Notes: a model not told the origin generated them from the letters alone. Positions 9,481 to 19,886 are shown, counted from the first letter of the stretch. The stretch: 30,267 nucleotides of DNA from Clostridia bacterium (GCA_017881645.1 JADGQQ010000069.1:1-30267), one strand, 5' to 3'. Numbers and translations are program-made.

Positions 9481-12306
9481 ATGACTGAATTATTTCAAGA
9501 CGACAGAAAACTTCTGCTCATCGACGGAAACAGTATAATCAACCGTTCTTTCTTTGCGCTGGCGGGACGCAGCAATTTGAGCGCTCCGGACGGAACTCCG
9601 ACGGGTGCCCTGAATACCTATCTCAATACGATGTTCAAATTCATAGAAGATATACGGCCTACGCATATCTGTACGCTTTTTGATATGCGGGAGAAGACGT
9701 TTCGTCATCATATGTATGACGGATACAAGGCCAAGCGTAAAGGGATGCCGGATGAACTCGCCGTACAGATGCCGCTTCTTAAAGAGACACTTGACGCGAT
9801 GGGGCATGTACGTTATGAACTTGCCGGATATGAAGCGGACGACCTGATCGGAACTTTTGCGCGCATGGCGGAGAGGGACGGGTTTTCCGTCAGTATTCTG
9901 AGCGGAGATAAAGATGACTTCCAGCTGATTGACAATCATACGGTCGTTCTGATGCCGGTTGCCAAAGCAGGGAAAACATCGACGGAGATCTATGATCTTG
10001 CAGCTCTTCTGGAACGCTACCAAATTACCCCGGAAGAATTTATAACACTCAAATCTCTTATGGGGGACCCGAGCGACAATATCCCGGGTGTTCGGGGCAT
10101 CGGTGAAAAGGGAGCCATTGATCTTGTGAAAAAATACAGGACGCTGGACGGGATCTATGAACATATTTCCGAGCTTTCAGAGGGACTTCGTAATAAACTG
10201 ACAGAAAACAGGGATATGGCGTATCTTTCGTATGACTTGTCGAAAATATGCTGCGAAGCCCCCGTCACTTTGAAGCTTGAAGATCTGGTGTATGGTGAAC
10301 CGGACCGGGAGAAGCTTGCAGGATTGTTCTACCGGCTTGGTTTCCGGAGTCAGATCAAAAAGTGGGGTCTGGACAGCATTTCCGTACCTCAGCATGAGGC
10401 TGAAAAGACACAGGATACGGACAGCGAGCCGACAGGTCCCGCCATTCCGATGACCCTTCCTGTAATCAGAATGAATGAATCCTATGAGGCATTCACGGCT
10501 GCATATTTTGAGGTGCGAGCTGAAAATGAAAATCATACTGATATTTCGATTGACACGACGACAAGAGACGCGGCGGGCTGTCCTGTTGCATATGTTCTGA
10601 TCTGCCTTTCGAACGAGCTGATTTTCGCCTTCGTGCCATCGGAATCCGGGAGAATTCTTCGTTTCCTTTACGAACAGGGAATCGGCCGGGATGCGCACGG
10701 TGAGCTTCCGATAGGACACAGCATTAAGAATCGTTTTCGCGGACTCCCGTTTGTTCTGCCTTTTGACTCCTGCTTTGATACGGAAATCGCAGGATACATT
10801 TTGAATCAGATTGAGGGCGGATCACCGACTTTTGAAATGTTATATGAGCATGCCACACAGGAGACCTTTCCGAGACATTCACTGTTTGCAGGAAGCACGG
10901 ATCGCACGGAACTACTTCCGCAAAGCCCGATGGAGCAGCTTCTTGCCATGAGCGGTGCTGATACGGAAACGGATACCGATACGGGCTGCAGCCGGCAGCT
11001 GCTTGAAGAAGCGGCATGGCGGTCGCTGCTTTGCCGGCGCATGGCTTATTTCCAAAAACAAAAAATAACAGAGTATGCCATCGGTAAACTCCTGTACGAA
11101 ATTGAATTTCCGCTTGTGCTGAAACTGGATCAAATGGAGAGATCGGGTGTTCTTGTCGACAGGAATACTCTGCAGGAGATTCATGTGTCTTTTGAAGCTG
11201 AATTGAACCGGCTGACGGCCGCTATTCTTGAGAAGAGCGGAGTCAATTTCAATATTCTGTCGCCCAAACAGCTCGGACAGGTGCTTTTCGAAAAACTTCA
11301 GCTGCCGTCCGGCAGGAAAAACAGCAGCGGGACGTATTCTACGGATTCCGATGAATTGATGCGTCTGATCGACGCCCATCCGGTTGTTAGAGATATTCTG
11401 AATTTTCGGCAGATTTCCAAATTGGATTCAACTTTTGTGCTGGGTCTGCAGAAAGTCATTGATCCGGCGGACGGGCGGGTACATTCCAATTTTTCACAGG
11501 CTATGACCAACACGGGACGGCTTTCTTCCGCAGAACCAAATCTGCAGAATATTCCGATCCGCAGCGATCTTGGCAGTCAGATCCGGAAGGCATTTGTAGC
11601 GCCGGCGGGCTATGTGCTGCTGGATGCCGATTATTCGCAGATCGAGCTGCGTCTGCTTGCACATCTGTCGCAGGACCGGAACATGCTTGACGCTTTTCTT
11701 CATAACGAGGATATTCATGTCAATACAGCTTCGAAAATATTCAATGTCCCGAGAGAGATGGTACTTCCGGCCATGCGGTCAGCCGCGAAAACGGTCAATT
11801 TCAGCATTGTGTACGGGATCAGTGACTTCGGTCTGGCACAGGATCTTGGCATTTCCTATCAGGAAGCGCATCATTATATCGAGCATTATTATGCGCAGTA
11901 CCCGATGATTCGTGCCTATCTGGATTCGCTTAAGAAAATGGGTTATGAAAAGGGATATGTCGAGACGATGTTCGGGCGCCGCAGGATTGTAAAAGAACTG
12001 ACATCTCCGAACCGCAATATCCGGTCCTTCGGCGAGCGGGCTGCCATGAACACTCCTGTCCAGGGAACGGCGGCGGATATCATAAAGATCGCAATGAATC
12101 GCGTGAGTACCGGTCTTGCGGAAAAGAAACTGGATGCGAGACTGATTTTGCAGGTTCACGATGAACTTATTGTCGAGTGCAGGACGGAACAGGCCGCAGA
12201 GGCCTCTGTCGTGCTGAAAGAGGCCATGGAAGGTGCGGCGCATCTGGATGTGCCATTAACGGCGGAAGTCAATCAGGGGCAAAGCTGGTACTTGTGCAAA
12301 GTCTAA
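9481..12306 (+). CDS. polA: DNA polymerase I
   Basis: 5' nuclease LIDGNS, EADD, SGDKD, GDPSDNIPGV; polymerase motifs A (DADYSQIELR), B (KTVNFSIVYG), C (QVHDEL); 3'-5' exonuclease region looks degenerate, as is usual in Bacillota. Confidence 0.97.
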   Translation: MTELFQDDRKLLLIDGNSIINRSFFALAGRSNLSAPDGTPTGALNTYLNTMFKFIEDIRPTHICTLFDMREKTFRHHMYDGYKAKRKGMPDELAVQMPLLKETLDAMGHVRYELAGYEADDLIGTFARMAERDGFSVSILSGDKDDFQLIDNHTVVLMPVAKAGKTSTEIYDLAALLERYQITPEEFITLKSLMGDPSDNIPGVRGIGEKGAIDLVKKYRTLDGIYEHISELSEGLRNKLTENRDMAYLSYDLSKICCEAPVTLKLEDLVYGEPDREKLAGLFYRLGFRSQIKKWGLDSISVPQHEAEKTQDTDSEPTGPAIPMTLPVIRMNESYEAFTAAYFEVRAENENHTDISIDTTTRDAAGCPVAYVLICLSNELIFAFVPSESGRILRFLYEQGIGRDAHGELPIGHSIKNRFRGLPFVLPFDSCFDTEIAGYILNQIEGGSPTFEMLYEHATQETFPRHSLFAGSTDRTELLPQSPMEQLLAMSGADTETDTDTGCSRQLLEEAAWRSLLCRRMAYFQKQKITEYAIGKLLYEIEFPLVLKLDQMERSGVLVDRNTLQEIHVSFEAELNRLTAAILEKSGVNFNILSPKQLGQVLFEKLQLPSGRKNSSGTYSTDSDELMRLIDAHPVVRDILNFRQISKLDSTFVLGLQKVIDPADGRVHSNFSQAMTNTGRLSSAEPNLQNIPIRSDLGSQIRKAFVAPAGYVLLDADYSQIELRLLAHLSQDRNMLDAFLHNEDIHVNTASKIFNVPREMVLPAMRSAAKTVNFSIVYGISDFGLAQDLGISYQEAHHYIEHYYAQYPMIRAYLDSLKKMGYEKGYVETMFGRRRIVKELTSPNRNIRSFGERAAMNTPVQGTAADIIKIAMNRVSTGLAEKKLDARLILQVHDELIVECRTEQAAEASVVLKEAMEGAAHLDVPLTAEVNQGQSWYLCKV

Positions 12307-12327
12307 TGACGACGGGGGGACTGCAGC

Positions 12328-12936
12328 GTGTTTGTAATCGGAATCACAGGCGGAATCGGAACAGGGAAGAGTACCGCAGCGAAAATTTTCGCGGAGCGCG
12401 GAGTTCGCGTGCTTGATGCGGATGAAATTTCTAAAAAGGTAACCGGACCGCAGGGAAGTGCGCTGGAATTAATCCGGGCTCTCCTTGGGAACAAAGCCGT
12501 CGACTCATCAGGCAATCTGAATCGCAAGTATGTTGCGTCACTGGTCTTTTCCGACCGGACCAAGCTGGATAAATTGTCGGCGATTATTCATAAGCAGGTG
12601 CTGGAAGAAATCGGGTTGGAACTGGAAAAGGAACGTGAAAAAGCAACCAAAGTCATTATTCTGGATGTTCCGATTCCGGTGCAGAAAGGGTTTCTGGACG
12701 TCTGCAATCAGGTCTGGGTCATCAGTGCCGACGAGCAGGTGCGTCTTTCCAGAATCATGGACCGCGGGATGGACGCTGATGATGCCAAACGCCGTATGGC
12801 CATGCAGATGACACGCGAGGAATATGAAAACCTGGCGGATATTGTCATTGAAAACAATGAAGACGAAGACGAACTGAGGGAGAAAATTGAAGTTCATATC
12901 AAGGGAGAACTTGAAAAAAGGGGAATACGCATATGA
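12328..12936 (+). CDS. coaE: Dephospho-CoA kinase
   Basis: IGITGGIGTGKS P-loop, DAD, LNRK, IIH, R.MDR lid; conserved position after polA; GTG start with G-rich RBS. Confidence 0.94.
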   Translation: MFVIGITGGIGTGKSTAAKIFAERGVRVLDADEISKKVTGPQGSALELIRALLGNKAVDSSGNLNRKYVASLVFSDRTKLDKLSAIIHKQVLEEIGLELEKEREKATKVIILDVPIPVQKGFLDVCNQVWVISADEQVRLSRIMDRGMDADDAKRRMAMQMTREEYENLADIVIENNEDEDELREKIEVHIKGELEKRGIRI

Positions 12937-13253
12937 ATACAAATTCGATCATTGCACTTTGTTTTGCGGGATTTTCCGTGATGCTTCTTGCGGCAGCTTT
13001 TCTTTTTCATAAGAAAAAGGACTCACTGATCCCGAAATATATCCGCATTTGCACGGGTTTTTATATTTCCGGAACACTGCTGATTCTGCTGATAACTTTT
13101 ATAAAATCAAACCTTCCCGGCAGCTTCATCTGGCTCAGTGAAATCTTCATATTCATAATTTATGCAGCGAGCTGCGGCATGGTGGTTTACATAATAAAAA
13201 AATTCGCCGTAGCGGATAACCCGGCGGCGAATGGTGATGTCGGGAAGAATTGA
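12933..13253 (+). CDS. Small hypothetical membrane protein (about 3 TM helices)
   Basis: ATGA overlap with the coaE stop; three hydrophobic stretches separated by KK/KKK patches. Confidence 0.6.
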   Translation: MNTNSIIALCFAGFSVMLLAAAFLFHKKKDSLIPKYIRICTGFYISGTLLILLITFIKSNLPGSFIWLSEIFIFIIYAASCGMVVYIIKKFAVADNPAANGDVGKN

Positions 13254-13261
13254 CCGGTCAA

Positions 13262-13291
13262 ACCGGATCATCGACTGAACGATAATCCGGT
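13262..13291. terminator. Hairpin between convergent genes (possible bidirectional terminator)
   Basis: ACCGGAT-C-ATCG-(ACTGAA)-CGAT-A-ATCCGGT; no strong T tract on either strand. Confidence 0.4.
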
Positions 13292-13301
13292 GTTACGAAA
13301 A

Positions 13302-14393
13302 TCAGACGTTAAACCGGAAGAGCGTTATATCTCCGTCTTTCATCACATATTCCTTGCCTTCTGAGCGGACGAGGCCTTTTTCGCGGGCCGCCGCATATGT
13401 TTTGCTGTCCATCAGATCCTGAAAAGCAACAATCTCCGCACGGATAAAACCGCGCTCAAAATCCGAGTGGATCTTTCCGGCGGCCTGCGGAGCCTTCGTG
13501 CCTTTCTTAATGGTCCAGGCACGGCATTCGTCGGGACCGCTTGTCAGAAATGATATTTGGCCGAGAAGCTTGTAGCAGGCCTGAATCATTTTATCAAGAC
13601 CGGACTGATCAAGCCCCAAATCTTCAAGAAATGCCTTGCGTTCATCGTCTTCAAGCATTGCAATTTCTTCTTCGATTCTAGCTGATATAACAACAACTTC
13701 TGCGCCTTCCTGTTCTGCAAACACACGGACAGCTTTTACATAATCCGGTTCCGGACCGCCGATGGCGTCTTCGGATATATTGGCTGCGTAGAGGATCGGT
13801 TTTGAGGAAAGAAGCGCCAGATCCTTGACATAAACCTGCTCATCTTCGCTGAAAGAGAGGGTTCTGGCGGACTTGCCCTGCTCGAGTGCCGCATAGATCT
13901 GTTCAGATACTTTGAGCTCGTGTTCGAATTTTTTGTCACCGCCTTTGAGCATTTTGCGGCATTTATCGATTCGTCTTTCCATATAGTCCATATCGGACAG
14001 AATGAGTTCAAGATCAATCGTCTCAATATCCCGGGTCGGATTTGTGGCACCGTCGACATGGATTACGTTCTCGTCGTCGAAACAACGGACCACGTGAACA
14101 ATCGCGTCAACTTCCCGGATGGTTCCAAGAAACTTGTTGCCGAGTCCTTCACCTTTACTGGCACCGCGGACAAGACCGGCAATATCAACAAATTCGACAA
14201 CCGCAGGGGTCGTCTTGACGGGGTTGTACATCTCAGCAAGACGGTCGAGACGGGTATCGGGAACCGCGACAATGCCGACGTTCGGCTCAATCGTGCAGAA
14301 CGGATAATTTGCGGATTCGGCGCCCGCTTTCGTAATTGCATTGAAAAGTGTACTTTTTCCGACATTCGGAAGACCAACGATTCCCAGCTTCAT
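13302..14393 (-). CDS. ychF: Ribosome-binding ATPase YchF (Obg family)
   Basis: [33 protein letters not shown]4 variant NISE, TGS C-terminus [14 protein letters not shown]. Confidence 0.97.
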   Translation of the reverse strand: MKLGIVGLPNVGKSTLFNAITKAGAESANYPFCTIEPNVGIVAVPDTRLDRLAEMYNPVKTTPAVVEFVDIAGLVRGASKGEGLGNKFLGTIREVDAIVHVVRCFDDENVIHVDGATNPTRDIETIDLELILSDMDYMERRIDKCRKMLKGGDKKFEHELKVSEQIYAALEQGKSARTLSFSEDEQVYVKDLALLSSKPILYAANISEDAIGGPEPDYVKAVRVFAEQEGAEVVVISARIEEEIAMLEDDERKAFLEDLGLDQSGLDKMIQACYKLLGQISFLTSGPDECRAWTIKKGTKAPQAAGKIHSDFERGFIRAEIVAFQDLMDSKTYAAAREKGLVRSEGKEYVMKDGDITLFRFNV

Positions 14394-14431
14394 CCATTAC
14401 CTCTTTCATCCATGTCTTTTGGAACCAGATT

Positions 14432-14459
14432 ATTATAACACGAGTCATCCATGCGGCAA
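14432..14459 (-). promoter_or_regulatory. sigmaA-type promoter for ychF
   Basis: Minus strand TTGCCG, 16 nt, (TGt)TATAAT. Confidence 0.55.
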
Positions 14460-14698
14460 TGTCACTTTATTCACAAATTTCTCACATAAAAGCTAACCAA
14501 AACTCTGCTTATTCTTCACATGTACGGATTAACTTCCATTTTGAAGAACTCGGGAAAGCAGGATCATTTGTATGGGCGAAAACGGAGAGAAGCATGGTTG
14601 CTGCTATTGTCTGTTATCGCATTCTATTGTCGAATAAAGATCCATGGATCTCTCCGCCGTTTGCGTATGATTAGGTAAACAAAAAAGGAGGGGAGAGC

Positions 14699-16282
14699 AT
14701 GACCGCTAACCGGAGAAAATATTCCAGCATTTCGACCTGTTTTCTTTTTGGCATTGATGCGGTACTTGCGGATATTGAAGTATCCATTACGTCGGGTCTC
14801 CCGAATTTTGACATCGTCGGACTTTGTGACCCGTCCATCCGGGAATCGAAGGAACGGGTACGTGCGGCGATCCGATATGCCGGGTATGAATTTCCGACGG
14901 GAAGAATCACCGTAGGGCTCTCGCCCGCATATATGCACAAATCCGGCTCATCCTTTGATCTTCCGCTGGCGCTGTGTATCCTGATTGCATCCGGTCAAAT
15001 CCACTGTGTTCTTAAGGGACGAATCTTCGCATACGGCGAACTGACTCTGACGGGAATGGTAAGAGAGGTACCGGGCAGCATTCCCAGACTCGCCTGTACA
15101 CAAGATACAAATATCAGCCACGTGATCGTTCCCGGCCGGAACGTCAGGGAAGCATCTCTTCTTCAGATGAAGGCGTACGGTGTATCATCCCTGCAGGACG
15201 CCATTCAATATGCGGAAGGCAGAAGCGGTGACAAGGCTGTCGATTTACTCGATGATTTCGCGGATTCGTCCGGGTTGAATCGATTCGAGCTGCCTTCTGA
15301 GAAATTTGTCGTCGAACCGATCGATTTTTCCTTTCTGCGAGGTCAGGAGAAAACAGGCCGCGCGTTACTTCTTGCAGCCAGCGGGTTCCATAATATTCTG
15401 CTGACCGGAAGTCCGGGCAGCGGCAAAACAACAGCAGCGCGTATTCTGCAGGGAATTCTTCCGCCGTTATCTCCGGATGAGAAGCTTGAACTTCTAAAGC
15501 TGCAGAGCGCATCGCGCATTCTTTTTGACGAGGATCTGCGTCTCAAGCAACGGCCATTCCGTTATGTTCACCACACATGCACGCCTGCGGCCATGGCCGG
15601 GGGAGGAACGAACCCGACACCTGGAGAATTGTCCTTATCGCTTCACGGGGTATTGTTTCTGGATGAAATGGCGGAATTTTCTCCGCGCGTACTGGATCTT
15701 CTGCGGCAGCCGATGGAAGACAACAGTATTCTGATTTCCAGAGCCGGCACGAAGATTCGCTTTCCCACACAATTTCTATTGGTAGGAGCCATGAATCCAT
15801 GCAGATGCGGAAAACTGCTGGAAGATCCCAGAGGGTGTACCTGCAACGAATGGCAGAGAAGGCAGTATGCCAATCATATCAGCGGGCCGCTTCTTGACCG
15901 GATTGATTTGTTTTCCGAACTGTACCGCGTAGAGAAGCATGCGCTGATGGAATCTGTTGAGGGTGCGAATCTTCACCTTTCGGCGGCTCTCAGTGAACAG
16001 GTTGCCGCTTGCTGGGATCGGCAATACAGGCGATGTGACGTAGACGGACAGCCGCGCGTTCTCAATGGTATGAACCGTTCACTGCAAATAATGGATGCCT
16101 TCCGGATTTCAAGAACTGCGGTTGATTTTGCAGTGCAGTCCGCTGAGAAACTGCATGTGACGGCAAGGGGTCTGAATCGTATGCTCCGGGTAGCCAGAAC
16201 CGTTGCAGATCTTGAAGGAGAAGTAGACGTAACCGTTTCTCATGTTGCTGAGGCGATTCATTTTCGCCACAAGCCCATTTGA
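14699..16282 (+). CDS. comM: ComM/YifB Mg-chelatase-like AAA+ helicase
   Basis: N-terminal GLPNFDIVGL..ESKERVRAA, FDLP; Walker A GSPGSGKT, Walker B LFLDE, AMNPCRCG..CTC, SGPLLDRID, RVARTVADL. Confidence 0.93.
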   Translation: MTANRRKYSSISTCFLFGIDAVLADIEVSITSGLPNFDIVGLCDPSIRESKERVRAAIRYAGYEFPTGRITVGLSPAYMHKSGSSFDLPLALCILIASGQIHCVLKGRIFAYGELTLTGMVREVPGSIPRLACTQDTNISHVIVPGRNVREASLLQMKAYGVSSLQDAIQYAEGRSGDKAVDLLDDFADSSGLNRFELPSEKFVVEPIDFSFLRGQEKTGRALLLAASGFHNILLTGSPGSGKTTAARILQGILPPLSPDEKLELLKLQSASRILFDEDLRLKQRPFRYVHHTCTPAAMAGGGTNPTPGELSLSLHGVLFLDEMAEFSPRVLDLLRQPMEDNSILISRAGTKIRFPTQFLLVGAMNPCRCGKLLEDPRGCTCNEWQRRQYANHISGPLLDRIDLFSELYRVEKHALMESVEGANLHLSAALSEQVAACWDRQYRRCDVDGQPRVLNGMNRSLQIMDAFRISRTAVDFAVQSAEKLHVTARGLNRMLRVARTVADLEGEVDVTVSHVAEAIHFRHKPI

Positions 16283-16330
16283 CTTTGTACCATGTAGAAG
16301 GATCATTTGCATAGGCTGTAAGGAGGACTG

Positions 16331-17533
16331 ATGATGATGGATCAGGACTATTTGAATTTGGAGGCGGATCTTTTTGTCTCGGAACTTATGATGAGCGGGC
16401 TGCTGGGCGGACGACGGATTCGCTTGTTTCTTGAACAAAAAATTATTCATTCGCTGAGAGATCTGTATTCGATCTCGAACGATGCGGTTGGCCGGATATC
16501 CAGGACTCTGATAAATGAGGAAGAGCGTCATAAAATCAAAACAATTCTTACGGATTTGAAGATTAAGGATACTGCGCGAAGAAAAGCAGAGACCTGCAGA
16601 AGGCAGGAAATATTTTCCGTCAACAGAGAAGATGCTATGTACCCTTCCTGCATGAAATCCCTTGATGGAATGCCGCTCATACTTTACGGAAAGGGTGACA
16701 TGTCCATTCTCGGGACCCGGAGAATGCCAAGTGCTGCCATTGTCGGAAGCCGGCGCCCCACACTCTATGGTGTGACGGCAACCAGAGAAATTGCAGCGGA
16801 ACTTGCACGCCATGGAGTGTGTGTGATCAGCGGCTTAGCTCGCGGGATCGATACCGTCGCTCACGAAACAACTTTGCAGGCGAGCGGGAAAACCGTTGCC
16901 GTGCTTGCCGGGGGTCTGGACCAGGTGTATCCGCCTGAGAACCTCGACCTTTTTGCCAGAATCAGTCAGGAGGGTCTTGTGCTGTCTGAAATGCCTGTCG
17001 GACAGAAGGCTCTCCGCCAGTATTTCCCTGCCCGGAACCGGATATTATCAGGGCTTGCGGATGTCGTTGCCATTATGGAAGCAGGCGAATTCAGCGGGAC
17101 GCTCCATACGGCAAGTTTTGCGGCCGCACAGGGCCGGGATGTGTTTGTTGTTCCCGGGACCATTTATGCACAGCAATCCAGAGGGAACCTGCATTTGATA
17201 CGTGACGGAGCCGAAATTCTTCTTTCAGCCGAAGATATTCTGACTCGGCTTGGCGGACTTACTTTTATGCGTGAAATGGACGAGATCCGATGGAATGAGG
17301 AGCGGATCAGTCTGGGAAGGCGAATGACTGAAAATCCGGATTCTCTCACACAGAAGGAGTGTATGCAGGTCATAATTGACCATTTGTGTCTTTCTGAGAA
17401 AACAATGGATGAGTTGATCGAAATTACCGGATTTGCATTCGGTAAGCTGGCTCCGATCATCTCTGAGCTTGAATTGTCCGGAAAAATCATGGAACGGGGC
17501 AGAAGATATGCTTTGACTTTTCTATGTACATGA
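16331..17533 (+). CDS. dprA: DNA-processing protein DprA (Smf)
   Basis: AIVGSR, ISGLARGIDT, VAVLAGG, SEMP, FPARNRILSGL, EAGEFSGT; winged-helix C-terminus (ISELELSG). Confidence 0.94.
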   Translation: MMMDQDYLNLEADLFVSELMMSGLLGGRRIRLFLEQKIIHSLRDLYSISNDAVGRISRTLINEEERHKIKTILTDLKIKDTARRKAETCRRQEIFSVNREDAMYPSCMKSLDGMPLILYGKGDMSILGTRRMPSAAIVGSRRPTLYGVTATREIAAELARHGVCVISGLARGIDTVAHETTLQASGKTVAVLAGGLDQVYPPENLDLFARISQEGLVLSEMPVGQKALRQYFPARNRILSGLADVVAIMEAGEFSGTLHTASFAAAQGRDVFVVPGTIYAQQSRGNLHLIRDGAEILLSAEDILTRLGGLTFMREMDEIRWNEERISLGRRMTENPDSLTQKECMQVIIDHLCLSEKTMDELIEITGFAFGKLAPIISELELSGKIMERGRRYALTFLCT

Positions 17534-17543
17534 AGTATATAAT
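17513..17543 (+). promoter_or_regulatory. Probable internal promoter for topA overlapping the dprA 3' end
   Basis: TTGACT (17513-17518), 17 nt, TATATA(AT) (17536-17543). Confidence 0.5.
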
Positions 17544-17667
17544 GGTAAAAGATTGCCGCAAAAATACTTAATGCAAAAAACTGCATGAACCGCTGAATGT
17601 TTCGAAGCACGGCTTTTGTCACGTGAAAGAGCGGATTCAGAGTACAAAAAGAGAGAAAAGGGAAAAA

Positions 17668-19860
17668 ATGGGCAAAAAATTAGTTATTGTTGAGTCACCC
17701 GCGAAAGCCAAGACCATTGGCCGATATTTGGGTAAGGAATATAGAATCTCCGCTTCGGTGGGGCATATCCGTGATTTGCCGTCATCTACGATCGGCGTTG
17801 ATATTAAGAAGAATTTTAAGCCGACCTATATCAACATGAAGGGTAAAGAGAAGGTTATTCGTGAACTCAAGGATTTATCCAAGGATGCCGATCAGGTTTA
17901 CATCGCAACTGACCCTGACCGTGAAGGAGAAGCGATCGCATGGCATATTGCCGGTGTTCTGGGGATTGATGCCACATCAGCTTGCCGAATCAGTTTCAAC
18001 GAAATTACGCAGAAGGCAGTCCTTTCCGCTATATCTGAACCGCGTCCCATTGACCTGGATCTTGTGAATGCACAGCAGGCAAGAAGAATTCTGGATCGTC
18101 TGGTGGGCTATGAACTGAGCCCGCTTCTCTGGAAGAAAGTAAGAAAAGGTCTTTCAGCCGGCCGCGTGCAGTCCGTTGCCACGCGCATGGTTGTGGACCG
18201 GGAAAATGAAATCCTCGCCTTCAATAAGGAAGAATATTGGAACTTAACGGCTGAACTTACGCCGAAGGACGTCTCCTTCCCATTCCGGTCCCGTTATCAC
18301 GGGAAGAAGAAGGGCGCAAAAATTGAGAAGATCAAGCTCACAAACAAGGAAAGTACGGATGCCATACTTGAAGAAATAAAGGCTGCTCCCTACATAGTGG
18401 ACTCGATTAAAAAGGGCAGCAAACAACGTCAACCTTTCGCACCTTTTACAACGAGTACACTGCAGCAGGAAGCATCCAGACGATTGAGCTTTACATCCAG
18501 AAAAACCATGAGTGTTGCCCAGCAGCTTTATGAGGGAGTTGAAATTGCAGGACAGGGTCAGGTTGCATTGGTTTCCTATATACGTACGGATTCGGTACGT
18601 GTATCGGACGAAGCACTTTCTATGGCCAGAGACCTTATTAAGGAAAGATACGGGGATCATTATGTATCCAGATCGCCTCGTCATTTTTCCAACAAGAACA
18701 AATCTCAGGACGCGCATGAAGCCGTCCGTCCCGCGCATTTTGATTTATCTCCGGAAAGTATCCACGGTTCCCTCTCAAATGACCAGTATCGTCTGTACAA
18801 ATTGATTTGGGATCGTTTTCTTTCTTCTCAAATGGCATCGGCAGAGGTGGATACGGTATCTCTGGATATCACATGCCTCCAGCATGTATTCCGCACGCAG
18901 GGGGAGACAATCCGTTTTATGGGATTTCTTGCCGCATATGCGGACATTTCTGAGGATTCTGCTGAAGACGAAGAAAAGAGTGCCGGAAAAGAGAAGCTGC
19001 CGGAATTGCAGGAAGGTCAGGAGCTGACCCTTTTGAAACTGACACCTGAACAGAAGTTTACGCAGCCGCCGGCCCGATATACGGAGGCAACACTCATTAA
19101 AGCGATGGAGGAAAAAGGAATCGGAAGACCGTCAACATATGCACCGACGATTTCCACTATCCTTGAACGCAATTATGTAGAAAAGCAGACGAAATACCTT
19201 TGTCCGACAGAATTGGGAATGGTTGTTTCAAAGCTCCTCTCCGAAAATTTTGAAAACATTGTCGATGTTGCTTTTACAGCACAAATGGAAGAAATGCTCG
19301 ATGAAATAGAACTCGGGAAGAAAGACTGGGTTGCCGTTCTGTCTGAATTCTATCCGGTTTTTCATGAACAGGTCGTACGCGCAGCGGCAGACGTTGAGAA
19401 AGTCGAAATGAAACAGGAACAGACGGGCGAGAAGTGCCCGGACTGTGAAAAAGGCGAACTCCTGATAAAGGAAGGACGCTATGGCAAATTTGTTGCCTGT
19501 TCAAATTTCCCGGAGTGCAAATACACGAAGAACCTAGAGATTGTTGCCAAGGGCAATTGTCCTCTTTGCCATTCGGGTCTTGTATCCCATACATCACGTA
19601 AATTTAAGGGGCGTACATTTTACACATGCGATAAAAAGGGAACGGATCCGGAATGCGGTTTTATCAGTTGGGATCTTCCGGTCGAAGGAAAGACCTGTTC
19701 CGTTTGCGGAAGCTATATGGTTTGGAAGCGTTTCCGCGGCAAGACCTATCCGAAATGCGGGAATAAGGACTGCACCTCAAATGTTCGCAAATCTGCCGGC
19801 AAAAGCGCGGAAACGGAAACTGCTGTTACATCTGAAGTTTTGGCGCTTCCGGAAAACTAA
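17668..19860 (+). CDS. topA: DNA topoisomerase I (start probably ATG 17668)
   Basis: TOPRIM LVIVESPAK, ATDPDREGE, SAGRVQS, catalytic SYIRTDS, GIGRPSTY, three C-terminal Cys zinc-ribbon repeats. Confidence 0.97.
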   Translation: MGKKLVIVESPAKAKTIGRYLGKEYRISASVGHIRDLPSSTIGVDIKKNFKPTYINMKGKEKVIRELKDLSKDADQVYIATDPDREGEAIAWHIAGVLGIDATSACRISFNEITQKAVLSAISEPRPIDLDLVNAQQARRILDRLVGYELSPLLWKKVRKGLSAGRVQSVATRMVVDRENEILAFNKEEYWNLTAELTPKDVSFPFRSRYHGKKKGAKIEKIKLTNKESTDAILEEIKAAPYIVDSIKKGSKQRQPFAPFTTSTLQQEASRRLSFTSRKTMSVAQQLYEGVEIAGQGQVALVSYIRTDSVRVSDEALSMARDLIKERYGDHYVSRSPRHFSNKNKSQDAHEAVRPAHFDLSPESIHGSLSNDQYRLYKLIWDRFLSSQMASAEVDTVSLDITCLQHVFRTQGETIRFMGFLAAYADISEDSAEDEEKSAGKEKLPELQEGQELTLLKLTPEQKFTQPPARYTEATLIKAMEEKGIGRPSTYAPTISTILERNYVEKQTKYLCPTELGMVVSKLLSENFENIVDVAFTAQMEEMLDEIELGKKDWVAVLSEFYPVFHEQVVRAAADVEKVEMKQEQTGEKCPDCEKGELLIKEGRYGKFVACSNFPECKYTKNLEIVAKGNCPLCHSGLVSHTSRKFKGRTFYTCDKKGTDPECGFISWDLPVEGKTCSVCGSYMVWKRFRGKTYPKCGNKDCTSNVRKSAGKSAETETAVTSEVLALPEN

Positions 19861-19886
19861 AGCTGTATGCAAGAGGTGTTCGATAT

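Noticed and set aside
10960-10983. 6-nt quasi-repeat encoding DTETDTDT in polA
   Set aside because: In-frame acidic linker in the degenerate exonuclease region; no sign of phase variation.
11770-11820. PolA motif B reads NFSIVYG instead of NFGIVYG; DHFR has PEDQKDTF instead of PEDLKxF
   Set aside because: Single-residue variants with catalytic residues intact; no functional claim is possible without alignments.
14628-14634. Spo0A box / cin-box-like TGTCGAATA as proof of competence regulation
   Set aside because: TGTCGAA also occurs inside coding regions here (activase, polA), and no SigH-type AGGA at the correct spacing was found; mentioned only as context.
4839-16813. Many long antisense or alternate-frame ORFs (e.g. 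7023-7643, 7800-8414, 9490-10164, 13920-14438, 16109-16813; likewise 20193-20822 and 25471-26130 further on)
   Set aside because: They fully overlap well-supported genes, lack recognisable domains and clear RBSs, and are expected shadow ORFs at this GC content.
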